A stretch of DNA of 64,000 bases, taken from positions 19,959-83,958 of the forward strand of contig CAYILA010000003.1 in NCBI GenBank assembly GCA_964364265.1, in the 5' to 3' direction. Of this stretch, positions 40,639 to 50,182 are shown piece by piece; the first letter of the stretch is position 1; every line of letters begins with the position of its first letter. The position numbers and the translations under genes were made by a program. The notes under the pieces were generated by a model. The model did no database searches. It worked only from the letters and a program-made list of their open reading frames with translations, and was not told the DNA's origin. Source of the stretch: an uncultured Candidatus Saccharibacteria bacterium. GTDB lineage: Bacteria > Patescibacteriota > UBA1384 > XYA2-FULL-43-10 > 1-14-0-10-43-13.

Positions 40639-41676
40639 ATGTCGGATCTTGACACCTCTTCATTGTTTAAATACGACTCTTCAAGAATGATTGATCAAGT
40701 TGAGAGTTTTTCAACTGATTGTATAGACGCCTGGCAACAAGCCGAAAATCTGATACTTCCCTCCTATTATGTCAAAGCCAAAAATATCCTGTTGCTTGGA
40801 ATGGGCGGATCTGGTGTATCAAACGACTTCATTGCCGACTTGCTTTACGGTACCGACCTTTGCATTAATTCAATCCATGGTTACGACATCCCCGGCTTAG
40901 TGGATGAAAATACCTTGGTCATTGCCAATTCATATTCAGGAAATACCGAGGAAGTATTGGCTGGATTTATTTCCGCATACAAGAGAAAAGCTAAATTGAT
41001 TGCCATTACCACCGGTGGCAAACTTGAATCGCTAGCCGAAAAATACAGAGCGCCCCTATTTAAGTACAATTATCCTTCAACCCCGAGAATGGCTGTGCCT
41101 TTTACTTTCGTTTCATTACTTTCGATATTTAAAAAGCTGGGACATTTAGAAATTGATAATTCAATTTTTGACCTTCTTGAAAAAGTCAATCGGCTGACTC
41201 AAAATTACAGACACGAAATCCCAGTCGCCCAAAATCCAGCCAAAGCCCTGGCTCAAAAATTGGAAGGAAATATTCCGATTATTTATTCTAGCTTCTCCTT
41301 AAAATCTCTTGGTTTTCGTGCCAAAAGTCAGTTTAATGAAAATTCAAAAAACCTTTCATTCAGCGAATATTATCCCGAACTAAATCATAATTCGATACAG
41401 GGATATCGTTATCCAAAAGCGCCGGTATTCGTAATATCCGTTGAATCAAATTTAGATGATTCACAGAGTCAAAAACGAGCCAATCTTACAGAAGAAGTTC
41501 TGCGTAAATCAAATATTCCCTGCGAGAGAATCAATTTTTCCTCTGTTACAAATCCAGTTGTAGAAATTTTGAGCTTTATTCAATTCTTTAACTATGTTTC
41601 GATTTATCTTGCGGTTATTAATATGCAAGATCCCACTTCTATGCCTGATATAACTACATTTAAGAGCAAACTTTAG
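40639..41676 (+). CDS. Bifunctional phosphoglucose/phosphomannose isomerase (SIS domain; archaeal-type PGI/PMI)
   Basis: SIS phosphosugar-binding LLGMGGSGVSNDF, the second half typical of the bact-PGI_C family, size about 345 aa. Confidence 0.6.
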   Translation: MSDLDTSSLFKYDSSRMIDQVESFSTDCIDAWQQAENLILPSYYVKAKNILLLGMGGSGVSNDFIADLLYGTDLCINSIHGYDIPGLVDENTLVIANSYSGNTEEVLAGFISAYKRKAKLIAITTGGKLESLAEKYRAPLFKYNYPSTPRMAVPFTFVSLLSIFKKLGHLEIDNSIFDLLEKVNRLTQNYRHEIPVAQNPAKALAQKLEGNIPIIYSSFSLKSLGFRAKSQFNENSKNLSFSEYYPELNHNSIQGYRYPKAPVFVISVESNLDDSQSQKRANLTEEVLRKSNIPCERINFSSVTNPVVEILSFIQFFNYVSIYLAVINMQDPTSMPDITTFKSKL

Positions 41677-41695
41677 TAAAATTTGGAGGGATTGA

Positions 41696-43282
41696 GTGTT
41701 TTTAGGCAGACAAAAAAAACCTGTTGTTCTTGTAATTTTGGATGGTTGGGGCGTCGCCCCGTCTTGGGGAGGCAACGCTATCTCTCAAGCCAATACCAAG
41801 TTTTACGACAAGGTCTGGCAACAAGCTCCCAAAACGACTCTATTGGCATCCGGTGAAGCGGTCGGCTTGCCGGTCAGCGCTCCGGGCAATTCGGAAGCCG
41901 GTCACCTCAATATTGGCGCCGGACATGTCGTCCATCAGGACCAGACTTTGATCGATGCCCAGATCGACAACCAATCCTTCTACAGCAACCCAAAAATCCT
42001 CAATGCGATCGAACACGCCACGCAACACAATTCAAACATTCATCTGATGGGTTTGCTCTCAAAAACCGGAACCCACAGTCATATCAAACATCTTTTTGCC
42101 CTTTTGACGCTGTTCAAAGCTAAAAATTTTAGCCGCGTCTTTATTCACTTGTTTACGGATGGTCGCGATTCCGATCCGATGTCCGGCATCGAAATGGTAG
42201 ACGAAGTCGAACACAAAATAGCCGAGATCGGTGTCGGTAAGATATCGTCAATTGCCGGCCGTTTTTATGCCATGGATCGAGACAACCGTTGGGGCCGTGT
42301 CGCCAGAGCATACAATCTACTAGTCAAGGGCGAGGGTAATATATTTGAATCTCCCAAGACCGCGATTACATCGTCTTACTCCCAAGGCATAACCGATGAG
42401 TTTATTGAACCTCGATTAATATCAAACAAAGGTCAACAGATTACATCGATCAAAAGCAATGATAGTATTATATTTTTCAATTTCAGAAGCGACAGAGCCA
42501 AGGAAATCACCAGAGCATTTTTAGATGAACATTTACCGGAGTTTCCGGATCGCATGAAGTTAAGCAATCTCTATTTTGCAACCTTTGTGATTTATGATGA
42601 TCACTTACTATCCGAACAGATATTTTCTCCCGAGAAGATCGTGTACCCGTTAGCCCGAGTATTATCGGAAAATAACTTGAAACAATTGCACATCGCCGAA
42701 ACTGAAAAATATCCTCATGTCACATACTTTTTAAATGGCGGGACCGAAAAACCTTTTCCGGGTGAAAGCCGCGCAATGATTCCTTCTCCCCAAAAATTCA
42801 AAACTTACGATTATGTCCCAAAAATGAACGCTCCTAAATTAACCGCTCTTATCGTATCCACAATCAAAAAAAACATATATGATTTTACAGTTGTAAATTT
42901 TGCCAATACTGATATGGTCGGACATACTGGCAATCTTGGATCAGCAATAATGGCGGTTGAGTGCGTTGACGAATGCGTTTCTAAGATTGCAGATGAAATC
43001 ATAAGCAAGGATGGAATAATGCTAATTGTTGGCGATCATGGCAATGTCGAGCAAATGATTAATCCCCAAACCGGGGACCCAGATACTGAACACTCAACAA
43101 ATCCCGTCCCTTTTATTATCGTATCTAATGACCCAACTATTAATAAACTAAAAATGCAAGCCGACGGAATATTGGCTTCCGTTTCACCAACAATGCTAGA
43201 TTTGATGCAGATTAAAAAACCGGCTGATATGAGAAACAATTCAATTATTATTAAAGAAATCAATGTCCCAATCGCTAAATAA
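41696..43282 (+). CDS. gpmI: 2,3-bisphosphoglycerate-independent phosphoglycerate mutase
   Basis: ILDGWG metal site, catalytic-Ser motif GNSEAGHLNIGAG, HLFTDGRD, VGDHGN. Confidence 0.95.
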   Translation: MFLGRQKKPVVLVILDGWGVAPSWGGNAISQANTKFYDKVWQQAPKTTLLASGEAVGLPVSAPGNSEAGHLNIGAGHVVHQDQTLIDAQIDNQSFYSNPKILNAIEHATQHNSNIHLMGLLSKTGTHSHIKHLFALLTLFKAKNFSRVFIHLFTDGRDSDPMSGIEMVDEVEHKIAEIGVGKISSIAGRFYAMDRDNRWGRVARAYNLLVKGEGNIFESPKTAITSSYSQGITDEFIEPRLISNKGQQITSIKSNDSIIFFNFRSDRAKEITRAFLDEHLPEFPDRMKLSNLYFATFVIYDDHLLSEQIFSPEKIVYPLARVLSENNLKQLHIAETEKYPHVTYFLNGGTEKPFPGESRAMIPSPQKFKTYDYVPKMNAPKLTALIVSTIKKNIYDFTVVNFANTDMVGHTGNLGSAIMAVECVDECVSKIADEIISKDGIMLIVGDHGNVEQMINPQTGDPDTEHSTNPVPFIIVSNDPTINKLKMQADGILASVSPTMLDLMQIKKPADMRNNSIIIKEINVPIAK

Positions 43283-44765
43283 AAATATAATTCTTTGCCT
43301 TACAGATGGTATTGGAATTTCTTCCGCTTGGCAGGGAAATGTTTTGAATATGGGCAAGTCAAATATAATCGGCCGCTTTCTTAAAGAATACCCTTCCGAA
43401 CTCCTAAAAACCGATATTGAAGGGATTACTAAAATCGGAAATCAGTTGGACACTAACTCGTCCTACCAAAGAATATTTACTGGAAAAAATGTCCTGCCGT
43501 CATATGACCGAATAAATAAATCGATATCGGATAGCTCCCATTATCACGATTTGTTTGAAATGCCGATCAAACATCATTCCTCGCTTCATCTGGTCGGCAC
43601 GCTATCGGCTGATAATTTTTATGGCTCGCAAAAACATTTGGAAGAGATACTAAAACAAGCTAAAGGAAGAGGAATATTTAATTTGAACATTCATCTTCTG
43701 ATTGATAATTCATTTAAAACGAAGGAGGAACTTCTTTCTAAATTACAGGAACTGGAGAACTTCACTACAAAAATAAAACTGGGGCGGGTCGTAACGATAG
43801 CCGGCCGTGACAATCTTCATCAAGATATCAATCTAAAATATTTCAAGGCCCTGCTTGCTTGTTTTGTCGGCGGCAAAACCAATAAATCCCTATCCCCTGA
43901 ACAGATAATTAATTTATCCGATAAAAAAGACGGTTTTTCAAAACTGGCTCCTACCTCAATTGTCGAGGACGGATATCAAAAAGGCCGAATTTCCGGATAT
44001 GATACTGTATTATTTTTTGACTATAACAATGATGATTATGATTATTTAATCAATAAACTTGTATTTGGCTCCGGTCTTTTCGGATTGAAAATCCCAAAGT
44101 CATTAAACATTTTCACTCTTTCAACCTCTAAAGTTGATAAGATAAAAAGCATATTTCCAGCCGAAAATAAAAAAGATATCTTTGACCAGATTTCAAGAGA
44201 CAATAAGATTGCCCTAATTTCAGAGATATCAAGATACGCTTACCTAAAACCCTTTACTGAAAATAATAAGATCGATCCGACATTTATTGATTATGAAAAC
44301 AATGAAAACAATTTTTATCTTAAACTATTGTCCGATCTTAAATCAAAATCAGAGAAGTACGAGTTGACAATTTTGGTAATTCCGACGCTTGATAATGCGG
44401 TTATCTCCGACTCAATGGAAAAAACCATTAAATCCTTAAATCTTTACTATCAATTTCTCGAGGATGTTGAAAAATACATTTTGGAAAAAGATTTATTATT
44501 CATATTGACTTCCAGTTACGGCAGAATTAATAACTTAAATAATAAACGAGATAATTTAATCTTGCCCAATTTTGATCCGGTTCCATTTATTGTCTTGTCA
44601 AAATACAAATCAGAAAGCGCTAATTTGCAAACCGAACCGGAAAATAGCATCGCTTCCAATTATTTAAATTTAAAACACGACATCTTAGATGTGGCGCCGA
44701 CCTTGCTTCAGATGTTTGGTTTGGATATTCCCGATAGTCTGACCGGAACAAGTCTCTTGAATTGA
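43263..44765 (+). CDS. Divergent iPGM-like paralog lacking catalytic Ser and metal-binding His/Asp (probable pseudoenzyme)
   Basis: Collinear with gpmI (LTDGIG, HLVGTLS, IAGRDN, PVPFIV, APTLLQMFGL). GNSEAGH is replaced by GNQLDTNSSYQ and VGDHGN by LTSSYGR. Overlaps the gpmI 3' end by 20 nt. Confidence 0.7.
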   Translation: MSQSLNKNIILCLTDGIGISSAWQGNVLNMGKSNIIGRFLKEYPSELLKTDIEGITKIGNQLDTNSSYQRIFTGKNVLPSYDRINKSISDSSHYHDLFEMPIKHHSSLHLVGTLSADNFYGSQKHLEEILKQAKGRGIFNLNIHLLIDNSFKTKEELLSKLQELENFTTKIKLGRVVTIAGRDNLHQDINLKYFKALLACFVGGKTNKSLSPEQIINLSDKKDGFSKLAPTSIVEDGYQKGRISGYDTVLFFDYNNDDYDYLINKLVFGSGLFGLKIPKSLNIFTLSTSKVDKIKSIFPAENKKDIFDQISRDNKIALISEISRYAYLKPFTENNKIDPTFIDYENNENNFYLKLLSDLKSKSEKYELTILVIPTLDNAVISDSMEKTIKSLNLYYQFLEDVEKYILEKDLLFILTSSYGRINNLNNKRDNLILPNFDPVPFIVLSKYKSESANLQTEPENSIASNYLNLKHDILDVAPTLLQMFGLDIPDSLTGTSLLN

Positions 44766-44803
44766 ATTTTGGCGTTAATTCTGATATATTGAGCTTATTA
44801 ATC

Positions 44804-45124
44804 GGGCCCATAGCTTAGTTTCAGCCAGAGGCTGATCGTCCTCTGGACGAGGTAGGGGAAAATGAATTATGTATACTTTATGAAAAGTCTGCGTAACGGC
44901 AAGGTTTATGTCGGCAGAACGACGAATAAGCCTGACAAGCGAGTTTTGGAACATAATAATGGCAGTAATGTTTGGAGTAGACACAACAAACCTTTTGAAT
45001 TAATCTATTTTGAGGAATATTATTGTGAAATAGATTGTGCGAAAAGAGAAGCCTTCTATAAAACAGGAATCGGCAAGAAGGTGAAAAAGGCAATCATCGA
45101 AACGTTTATAACAGAATAATATAT
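44804..45124 (+). mobile_element. tRNA-associated insertion: 17-bp duplicate of tRNA-Ala 5' end plus GIY-YIG ORF
   Basis: GGGCCCATAGCTTAGTT at 44804-44820 is identical to the first 17 nt of the tRNA-Ala at 45125. The 304 bp between them carry a YhbQ-like GIY-YIG ORF. Confidence 0.55.
44862..45119 (+). CDS. GIY-YIG nuclease superfamily protein (YhbQ/UPF0213-like, 85 aa)
   Basis: VYFMKSLRNGKVYVGRTTNKPDKRVLEHNNG matches GIY...YVG.T.n..rR..eHn. A conserved Glu lies in REAFYK. Confidence 0.8.
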   Translation: MNYVYFMKSLRNGKVYVGRTTNKPDKRVLEHNNGSNVWSRHNKPFELIYFEEYYCEIDCAKREAFYKTGIGKKVKKAIIETFITE

Positions 45125-45200
45125 GGGCCCATAGCTTAGTTGGTAGAGCGCCTCCATGGCATGGAGGAGGTCAGGAGTTCAAGTCTCCTTGGGTCCACCA
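45125..45200 (+). tRNA. tRNA-Ala (anticodon GGC), CCA encoded
   Basis: 76 nt cloverleaf, G3:U70 Ala identity pair, anticodon loop AUGGCAU, T-arm AGGAG-TTCAAGT-CTCCT. Confidence 0.9.
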
Positions 45201-45214
45201 AGAAATTAAAATAT

Positions 45215-47782
45215 ATGAAAAAGTATGAGTTCTCTCAAATAGATAAAAAGTGGCAGGAATACTGGAAGAGTACTAGTTATGGCGTCGCCAAAGATGAGGG
45301 TGGGAATAAACATTACCATCTAATCGAGTTTCCTTATCCTTCGGGCGAGGGTCTGCATGTCGGTCATTGTATGGGTTATGGGGCATCTGATGCATACTGC
45401 CGGATGAAAAGGATGCAAGGTTTCAATGTAATGTTCCCGATCGGTTGGGACGCTTTTGGTCTTCCGACTGAAAATTACGCTATTAAGACCGGCATCCATC
45501 CCCGCCTTGCCACCAAACAAAGTATTGATACATTTAAGAAACAAATCGAATCCCTAGGCTACTCTTTTGACTGGAAAAGAGAGATAAACACCACCGATCC
45601 GGAATACTATAAATGGACACAATGGATTTTTTTGCAGTTTTACAAACACGGCATTGTAGACCCTTCGACAGGCTCAGGGCAAGCTGGAAAATTGATTGAG
45701 GTCGCCGATGATGATACTACCACCCCTCGCCTTGCCTACCAAGCCGAAATGCCGATTAACTGGTGTCCTTCTTGTAAAATAGGGCTAGCCAATGAAGAAG
45801 TTATCGCCGGAAAATGCGAGCGCTGTGGAACCGAAACAATCAAAAAAATGCAGAAGCAGTGGCTGTTACGTATTACGGCGTATGCAGACCGCTTAATTTC
45901 CGACCTTGATACGGTTGATTATTTAGACAAGATCAAAACTCAACAAGTAAATTGGATCGGGCGATCTACTGGAACAAATATTCGCTTTACTGTCATTCCT
46001 GCGAACGCAGGAATCTTAAAGATCCCTGATCAAGTCAGGGATGACAATATTGTCGAAATTTTTACCACCCGTACCGATACTTTATTCGGTTGTACCTATA
46101 TTGTTTTGTCACCCGAGCATCCAATTATTGCAAAACTAAAAACAAATATTGCCAATTGTAATAAAGTTAATCAATATATTGAAGATTCTGCTAAAAAGTC
46201 CGACATGGAACGAACGGAATTGGCCAAAGAGAAAACCGGAGTCAAACTGGAAAGTATTAAAGCCATAAATCCGATTAACAATGAAGAGATCGATGTTTGG
46301 ATTGCCGATTATGTACTCGCTTCATACGGAACCGGCGCAGTAATGGCAGTTCCCGCTCACGACGAACGAGATTTTGAATTCGCCAAGAAATACGATATTG
46401 ATATTAAGCAAGTTATTACCGGCGATAATTATAATGACAATAAAGCTTTTACGGAATACGGCATATTAATTCATTCGGGTGGATTTGACGGCTTGACAAG
46501 TAAAGAAGCACAAGGGAAAATCACTATAAAACTAAAGGAAATTGGTGCCGGAGATTTTACTGTTAATTACAAACTTCGGGACTGGATTTTCTCCCGCCAG
46601 CATTATTGGGGCGAACCGATCCCAATTATTCATTGTGATAAATGCGGTACAATTCCAATGGATGAAAATGATTTGCCGCTAACTTTGCCGGAAGTGGAAA
46701 ATTACCAGCCAACCGTTACCGGCGAATCACCATTGGCTGCTATTCCAAATTGGGTCAACACAACTTGTCCGGAGTGCGGCGGTCCCGCAAAAAGAGAGAC
46801 CGACACTATGCCGAACTGGGCCGGCTCTAGCTGGTATTTCTTGCGTTACTGCGATCCGAAAAATATGAATGAATTTGCTTCGATGGACAAACTCGAATAT
46901 TGGTTAAATCCTGGTTTAGATGCCAGCGAGGCCCCGCGTAGCTCGAAGAGCGGAGGTGGGGTTGATATCTACAATGGTGGGATGGAACACACAACTTTGC
47001 ATTTGTTATATTCCCGCTTCTGGCACAAGTTTTTGTATGATTTAGGGAAAGTTCCTTCGAACGAGCCGTACCAAAAAAGAATCGCTCATGGTATAATACT
47101 GGGTCCCGACGGACAGAAGATGAGTAAGTCCCGCGACAATGTCATCAATCCGGATAAAATCGTAGAGAAGTACGGTTCCGATACTTTGCGTACCTATATT
47201 ATGTTTATCGGTCCATACGACCAGGAGTCCGCTTGGAACACTTCCAGCATCCAGGGAGTCTACCGCTTCCTCAACCGACTTTGGAATAATTATGATTTAG
47301 TCAATAACCAATCGGATGAAAAAGATCTATTAATTAAATTGAACCAAACCATCGATTGTGTTACCGCGGACTTGGAATCATTTAATTTAAATACGGTCGT
47401 CTCCAAATTGATGGAAATGAATAATATGATTGAAAAAATCGGTCATATATCTAAGGATTCGTATTCTAAATATCTTAAACTTATTTTTCCCGTAGCACCC
47501 CACATCTCATCCGAATTATTTGAAATGTTGGAAAAAGGCAAAATTGAAGCAAAAGAATGGCCTAAAACCGATTTAAATTATCTTTCCGCCGACCAGATTG
47601 AAATAGTCGTCCAAATCAACGGCAAGGTCAGGGCTAAAATGATGCTCGATGCCAATATTTCCGATCAGGAGATGGTTGATTTCGCCCTTAATTTACCCGA
47701 AGTGAAAGAATATATCGAAGACAAGAAGATAGTAAAGATAATCCCAGTCGCCAAGAAACTGGTCAGTATCGTAATCGCTTGA
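45215..47782 (+). CDS. leuS: Leucyl-tRNA synthetase
   Basis: HVGHCMGY (HIGH), KMSKS, and the CP1 editing domain. Start set at the ATG 14 nt after the tRNA; the track's 45140 start overlaps the tRNA. Confidence 0.95.
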   Translation: MKKYEFSQIDKKWQEYWKSTSYGVAKDEGGNKHYHLIEFPYPSGEGLHVGHCMGYGASDAYCRMKRMQGFNVMFPIGWDAFGLPTENYAIKTGIHPRLATKQSIDTFKKQIESLGYSFDWKREINTTDPEYYKWTQWIFLQFYKHGIVDPSTGSGQAGKLIEVADDDTTTPRLAYQAEMPINWCPSCKIGLANEEVIAGKCERCGTETIKKMQKQWLLRITAYADRLISDLDTVDYLDKIKTQQVNWIGRSTGTNIRFTVIPANAGILKIPDQVRDDNIVEIFTTRTDTLFGCTYIVLSPEHPIIAKLKTNIANCNKVNQYIEDSAKKSDMERTELAKEKTGVKLESIKAINPINNEEIDVWIADYVLASYGTGAVMAVPAHDERDFEFAKKYDIDIKQVITGDNYNDNKAFTEYGILIHSGGFDGLTSKEAQGKITIKLKEIGAGDFTVNYKLRDWIFSRQHYWGEPIPIIHCDKCGTIPMDENDLPLTLPEVENYQPTVTGESPLAAIPNWVNTTCPECGGPAKRETDTMPNWAGSSWYFLRYCDPKNMNEFASMDKLEYWLNPGLDASEAPRSSKSGGGVDIYNGGMEHTTLHLLYSRFWHKFLYDLGKVPSNEPYQKRIAHGIILGPDGQKMSKSRDNVINPDKIVEKYGSDTLRTYIMFIGPYDQESAWNTSSIQGVYRFLNRLWNNYDLVNNQSDEKDLLIKLNQTIDCVTADLESFNLNTVVSKLMEMNNMIEKIGHISKDSYSKYLKLIFPVAPHISSELFEMLEKGKIEAKEWPKTDLNYLSADQIEIVVQINGKVRAKMMLDANISDQEMVDFALNLPEVKEYIEDKKIVKIIPVAKKLVSIVIA

Positions 47783-47861
47783 CTCTTGATTATTGCTCTA
47801 TATTATGCGATAATATTTAGGTCATCATTAGCTAGATCCCCACTAAAATATTAATGATTGG

Positions 47862-47900
47862 TAGTTTCGTAATTTCGATTAATTCGTAATTTTGTAGGAG
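47862..47900 (+). repeat. TTCGTAATTT-type spacer repeat (rpmF leader)
   Basis: TTTCGTAATTTCGATTAATTCGTAATTTTGTAGGAG: tandem imperfect copies. Confidence 0.35.
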
Positions 47901-47911
47901 TTAGGAAATTT

Positions 47912-48091
47912 ATGGCTGAACCAAAGAAAAGAACCAACAACTCAAAACAAGGCATGCGGAGAATGCACGACAAAGTCGCCGCACCTTCACTTAATTATTG
48001 TCAGAGCTGCCACCAACCAATTCTGCGACATACGGTTTGTTATAATTGCGGTATGTACAAAAACACTAAAGTTCTCGATAAAAAGACATAA
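47912..48091 (+). CDS. rpmF: 50S ribosomal protein L32
   Basis: 59 aa, not in the ORF track. [50 protein letters not shown] is the L32 pattern with a C..C...C..C zinc ribbon. Confidence 0.8.
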   Translation: MAEPKKRTNNSKQGMRRMHDKVAAPSLNYCQSCHQPILRHTVCYNCGMYKNTKVLDKKT

Positions 48092-48101
48092 TGGAGGTTT
48101 G

Positions 48102-48515
48102 ATGAACCGTCATTTGTCCCGTTTAGTCGCCATGCAAACCCTCTATGAGTGGGATTTTCGAAAAGGAAGCGACCTTTCTGAAATAAAAGAAAGAAATATT
48201 GAAGAGTATAAGAATGAACTTGATGCTAACTTTGTTAAAGATATTGTCGATTATGTCTCAAAAAACACCGAGGCTGTCGACAAAGAAATATCCGTATCAG
48301 CTCCCGAATGGCCGATTGAACAAATAGCTTTGATTGATAAGACAATTCTTAGGATCGCCATTTATGAGATGGTCTTCAAAAAAGAAACACCGCCCAAAGT
48401 TATTATTAATGAAGCGATTGAGTTGGCAAAGCAATTCGGCGGCAACAGTTCGTCAAAATTCGTAAACGGAGTTTTAGGAACGCTATACGACAAATCAGGT
48501 AACAAAAAGGAATAA
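48102..48515 (+). CDS. nusB: Transcription antitermination factor NusB
   Basis: NusB all-helical fold with R.LA.Q.LY N-terminus. GGAGG SD lies before the ATG at 48102. Confidence 0.85.
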   Translation: MNRHLSRLVAMQTLYEWDFRKGSDLSEIKERNIEEYKNELDANFVKDIVDYVSKNTEAVDKEISVSAPEWPIEQIALIDKTILRIAIYEMVFKKETPPKVIINEAIELAKQFGGNSSSKFVNGVLGTLYDKSGNKKE

Positions 48516-48516
48516 T

Positions 48517-49227
48517 ATGTCCACAACAGATGAATTAGAAAAAGAAATTGGGATACAATTTAAGGATAAAAAGCTATTGGAACAAGTATTTATTCACAGA
48601 TCGTACCTCAACGAACACAGAAACTCTTCACTCGAGCATAATGAACGACTCGAGTTTTTGGGCGATGCCGTTTTGGAATTGGCGGTCACTGAATATCTGT
48701 ATGGAAAATACAACAAGCCGGAAGGCGAACTGACCAGTTGGAGAAGCGCTTTAGTCAAGGGCGAATCTTTGTCCGAAGAAGCAAAACGGCTTGGCATCAA
48801 CGAACTGATTAAAACCTCCCGCGGAGAAGCAAAAAATCTTGGTAAAGCCAGAGATCTCATCTTGGCAAATGCCTTTGAAGCCCTTGTCGGTGGTATTTAT
48901 CTTGATCAAGGGTATGACGTCGTTTCTGAGTTTATTGAGCAAAATATCTGTTACAAATTAAAAGACATCTTAGAAAAAGGTCTTTATTACGATCCGAAAA
49001 GCAAATTCCAGGAACTCTCTCAAGAATCTCTTTCTATAACCCCGACCTATGAAGTCGTCTCGGAAGAAGGGCCGGATCATGCCAAGGTTTTTGTTGTGGC
49101 TGCTTATCTCGGCGACCAAAAAATAGCCGAGGGACAGGGTCCGTCCAAACAAAGAGCCCAATCCGATGCGGCTAAAAAATCCCTTGAATCGTGGGATGAA
49201 ACCATATCAAACTTTAATTCAAAGTAG
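48517..49227 (+). CDS. rnc: Ribonuclease III
   Basis: ERLEFLGDAVLELAV signature and a C-terminal dsRBD. Confidence 0.9.
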   Translation: MSTTDELEKEIGIQFKDKKLLEQVFIHRSYLNEHRNSSLEHNERLEFLGDAVLELAVTEYLYGKYNKPEGELTSWRSALVKGESLSEEAKRLGINELIKTSRGEAKNLGKARDLILANAFEALVGGIYLDQGYDVVSEFIEQNICYKLKDILEKGLYYDPKSKFQELSQESLSITPTYEVVSEEGPDHAKVFVVAAYLGDQKIAEGQGPSKQRAQSDAAKKSLESWDETISNFNSK

Positions 49228-50182
49228 AACTCCACTCAACATTTTGCCAGCCCCAATCGAGCAGTTTTATTGATTCATCAGCCGAGGCGGTGGCATTATC
49301 GGCGGTTGTACGGATGATGACCCCGATTAGGGTGTGGTCGTCTCTCTTCGCCGCCGAAACCAGCACATGTCCCGCTTCCGGCATATAACCGGTCTTGACC
49401 CCGATAGCTCCCATATAGTTATAATCGGCAACCAACCGGTTAGAGTTCGTAACTTCATGCCAGATTGTGCTGTCGATATTTGTAAAGGCGTCTTGTTTGG
49501 TCTTTACAATTGCGGCGAATGTCTCATTTTTCAAGGCATGGCTGGCTGCCAAATACAAGTCATATGCGCTTGAATAACCGGTCGTGTCCAAACCGGCTGG
49601 ATCTTCATAGCGGGTGTCCATCATGCCCAGCTCTTTGGCTTTTTCATTCATTTTATCGACAAATCTGGTTATGCCGATGTCGCCATAACCATTCATCTTT
49701 TCAGCCAATGCATAGGCGGTATCATTACCGGATTTGATCAATAGGCCCTTCAGCAGTTCCCCGACTTTGACCTGTTCTCCCGGTCTGATAAACGTATCGG
49801 CTCCGACCTGACTTGAGGCCGTCTCTGAAATCGTCACAGTATCATCCAGCTTATAGTTTTCCAGGGATACGATCGCGGTCATTATTTTGGTGGTTGAAGC
49901 AATCGGAACGCGGTTCTTGATCCCCTCTTTTAATAAAATCTTGCCCGAATCATTGTCGACTAGGATATACTCGCTGGCGTAGATCAACGGTTTTTCTGCT
50001 CCGAATTTAACTTTGGGACGCGCAAGAATTTGCGGTAACGAAATATCAATATCAGAAGCAACCGCAATGTTTGTCGGATTCGTTTCCTTTACAATTATCG
50101 CTCTGTCGATCCTATCCGAGATCCCGCCAAGCCCTACCGTATTGAGAAGTATCGAGACAAAAATTAATGATTTAACTATCAT
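49214..50182 (-). CDS. D-alanyl-D-alanine carboxypeptidase (S11, PBP5-like)
   Basis: SxxK (ASTTK), SGN (KSGNDTA) and KTG motifs. N-terminal signal/TM. Confidence 0.8.
   Translation of the reverse strand: MIVKSLIFVSILLNTVGLGGISDRIDRAIIVKETNPTNIAVASDIDISLPQILARPKVKFGAEKPLIYASEYILVDNDSGKILLKEGIKNRVPIASTTKIMTAIVSLENYKLDDTVTISETASSQVGADTFIRPGEQVKVGELLKGLLIKSGNDTAYALAEKMNGYGDIGITRFVDKMNEKAKELGMMDTRYEDPAGLDTTGYSSAYDLYLAASHALKNETFAAIVKTKQDAFTNIDSTIWHEVTNSNRLVADYNYMGAIGVKTGYMPEAGHVLVSAAKRDDHTLIGVIIRTTADNATASADESIKLLDWGWQNVEWSSTLN

Noticed and set aside
43263-44765. Annotating the second iPGM-like ORF as a pseudogene
   Set aside because: The reading frame is intact over 500 codons with conserved structural blocks. 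Loss is confined to catalytic residues, so a pseudoenzyme is more parsimonious.
44804-44880. A second, complete tRNA-Ala gene
   Set aside because: Only the first 17 nt match the tRNA. Downstream sequence lacks a D-loop/anticodon/T-arm (GTTCRA) structure. Treated as a partial duplicate or footprint.
45140-45214. ORF-track start of leuS at 45140
   Set aside because: Would overlap the tRNA-Ala gene and add a non-conserved 25-aa leader. The ATG at 45215 gives the canonical LeuRS N-terminus.
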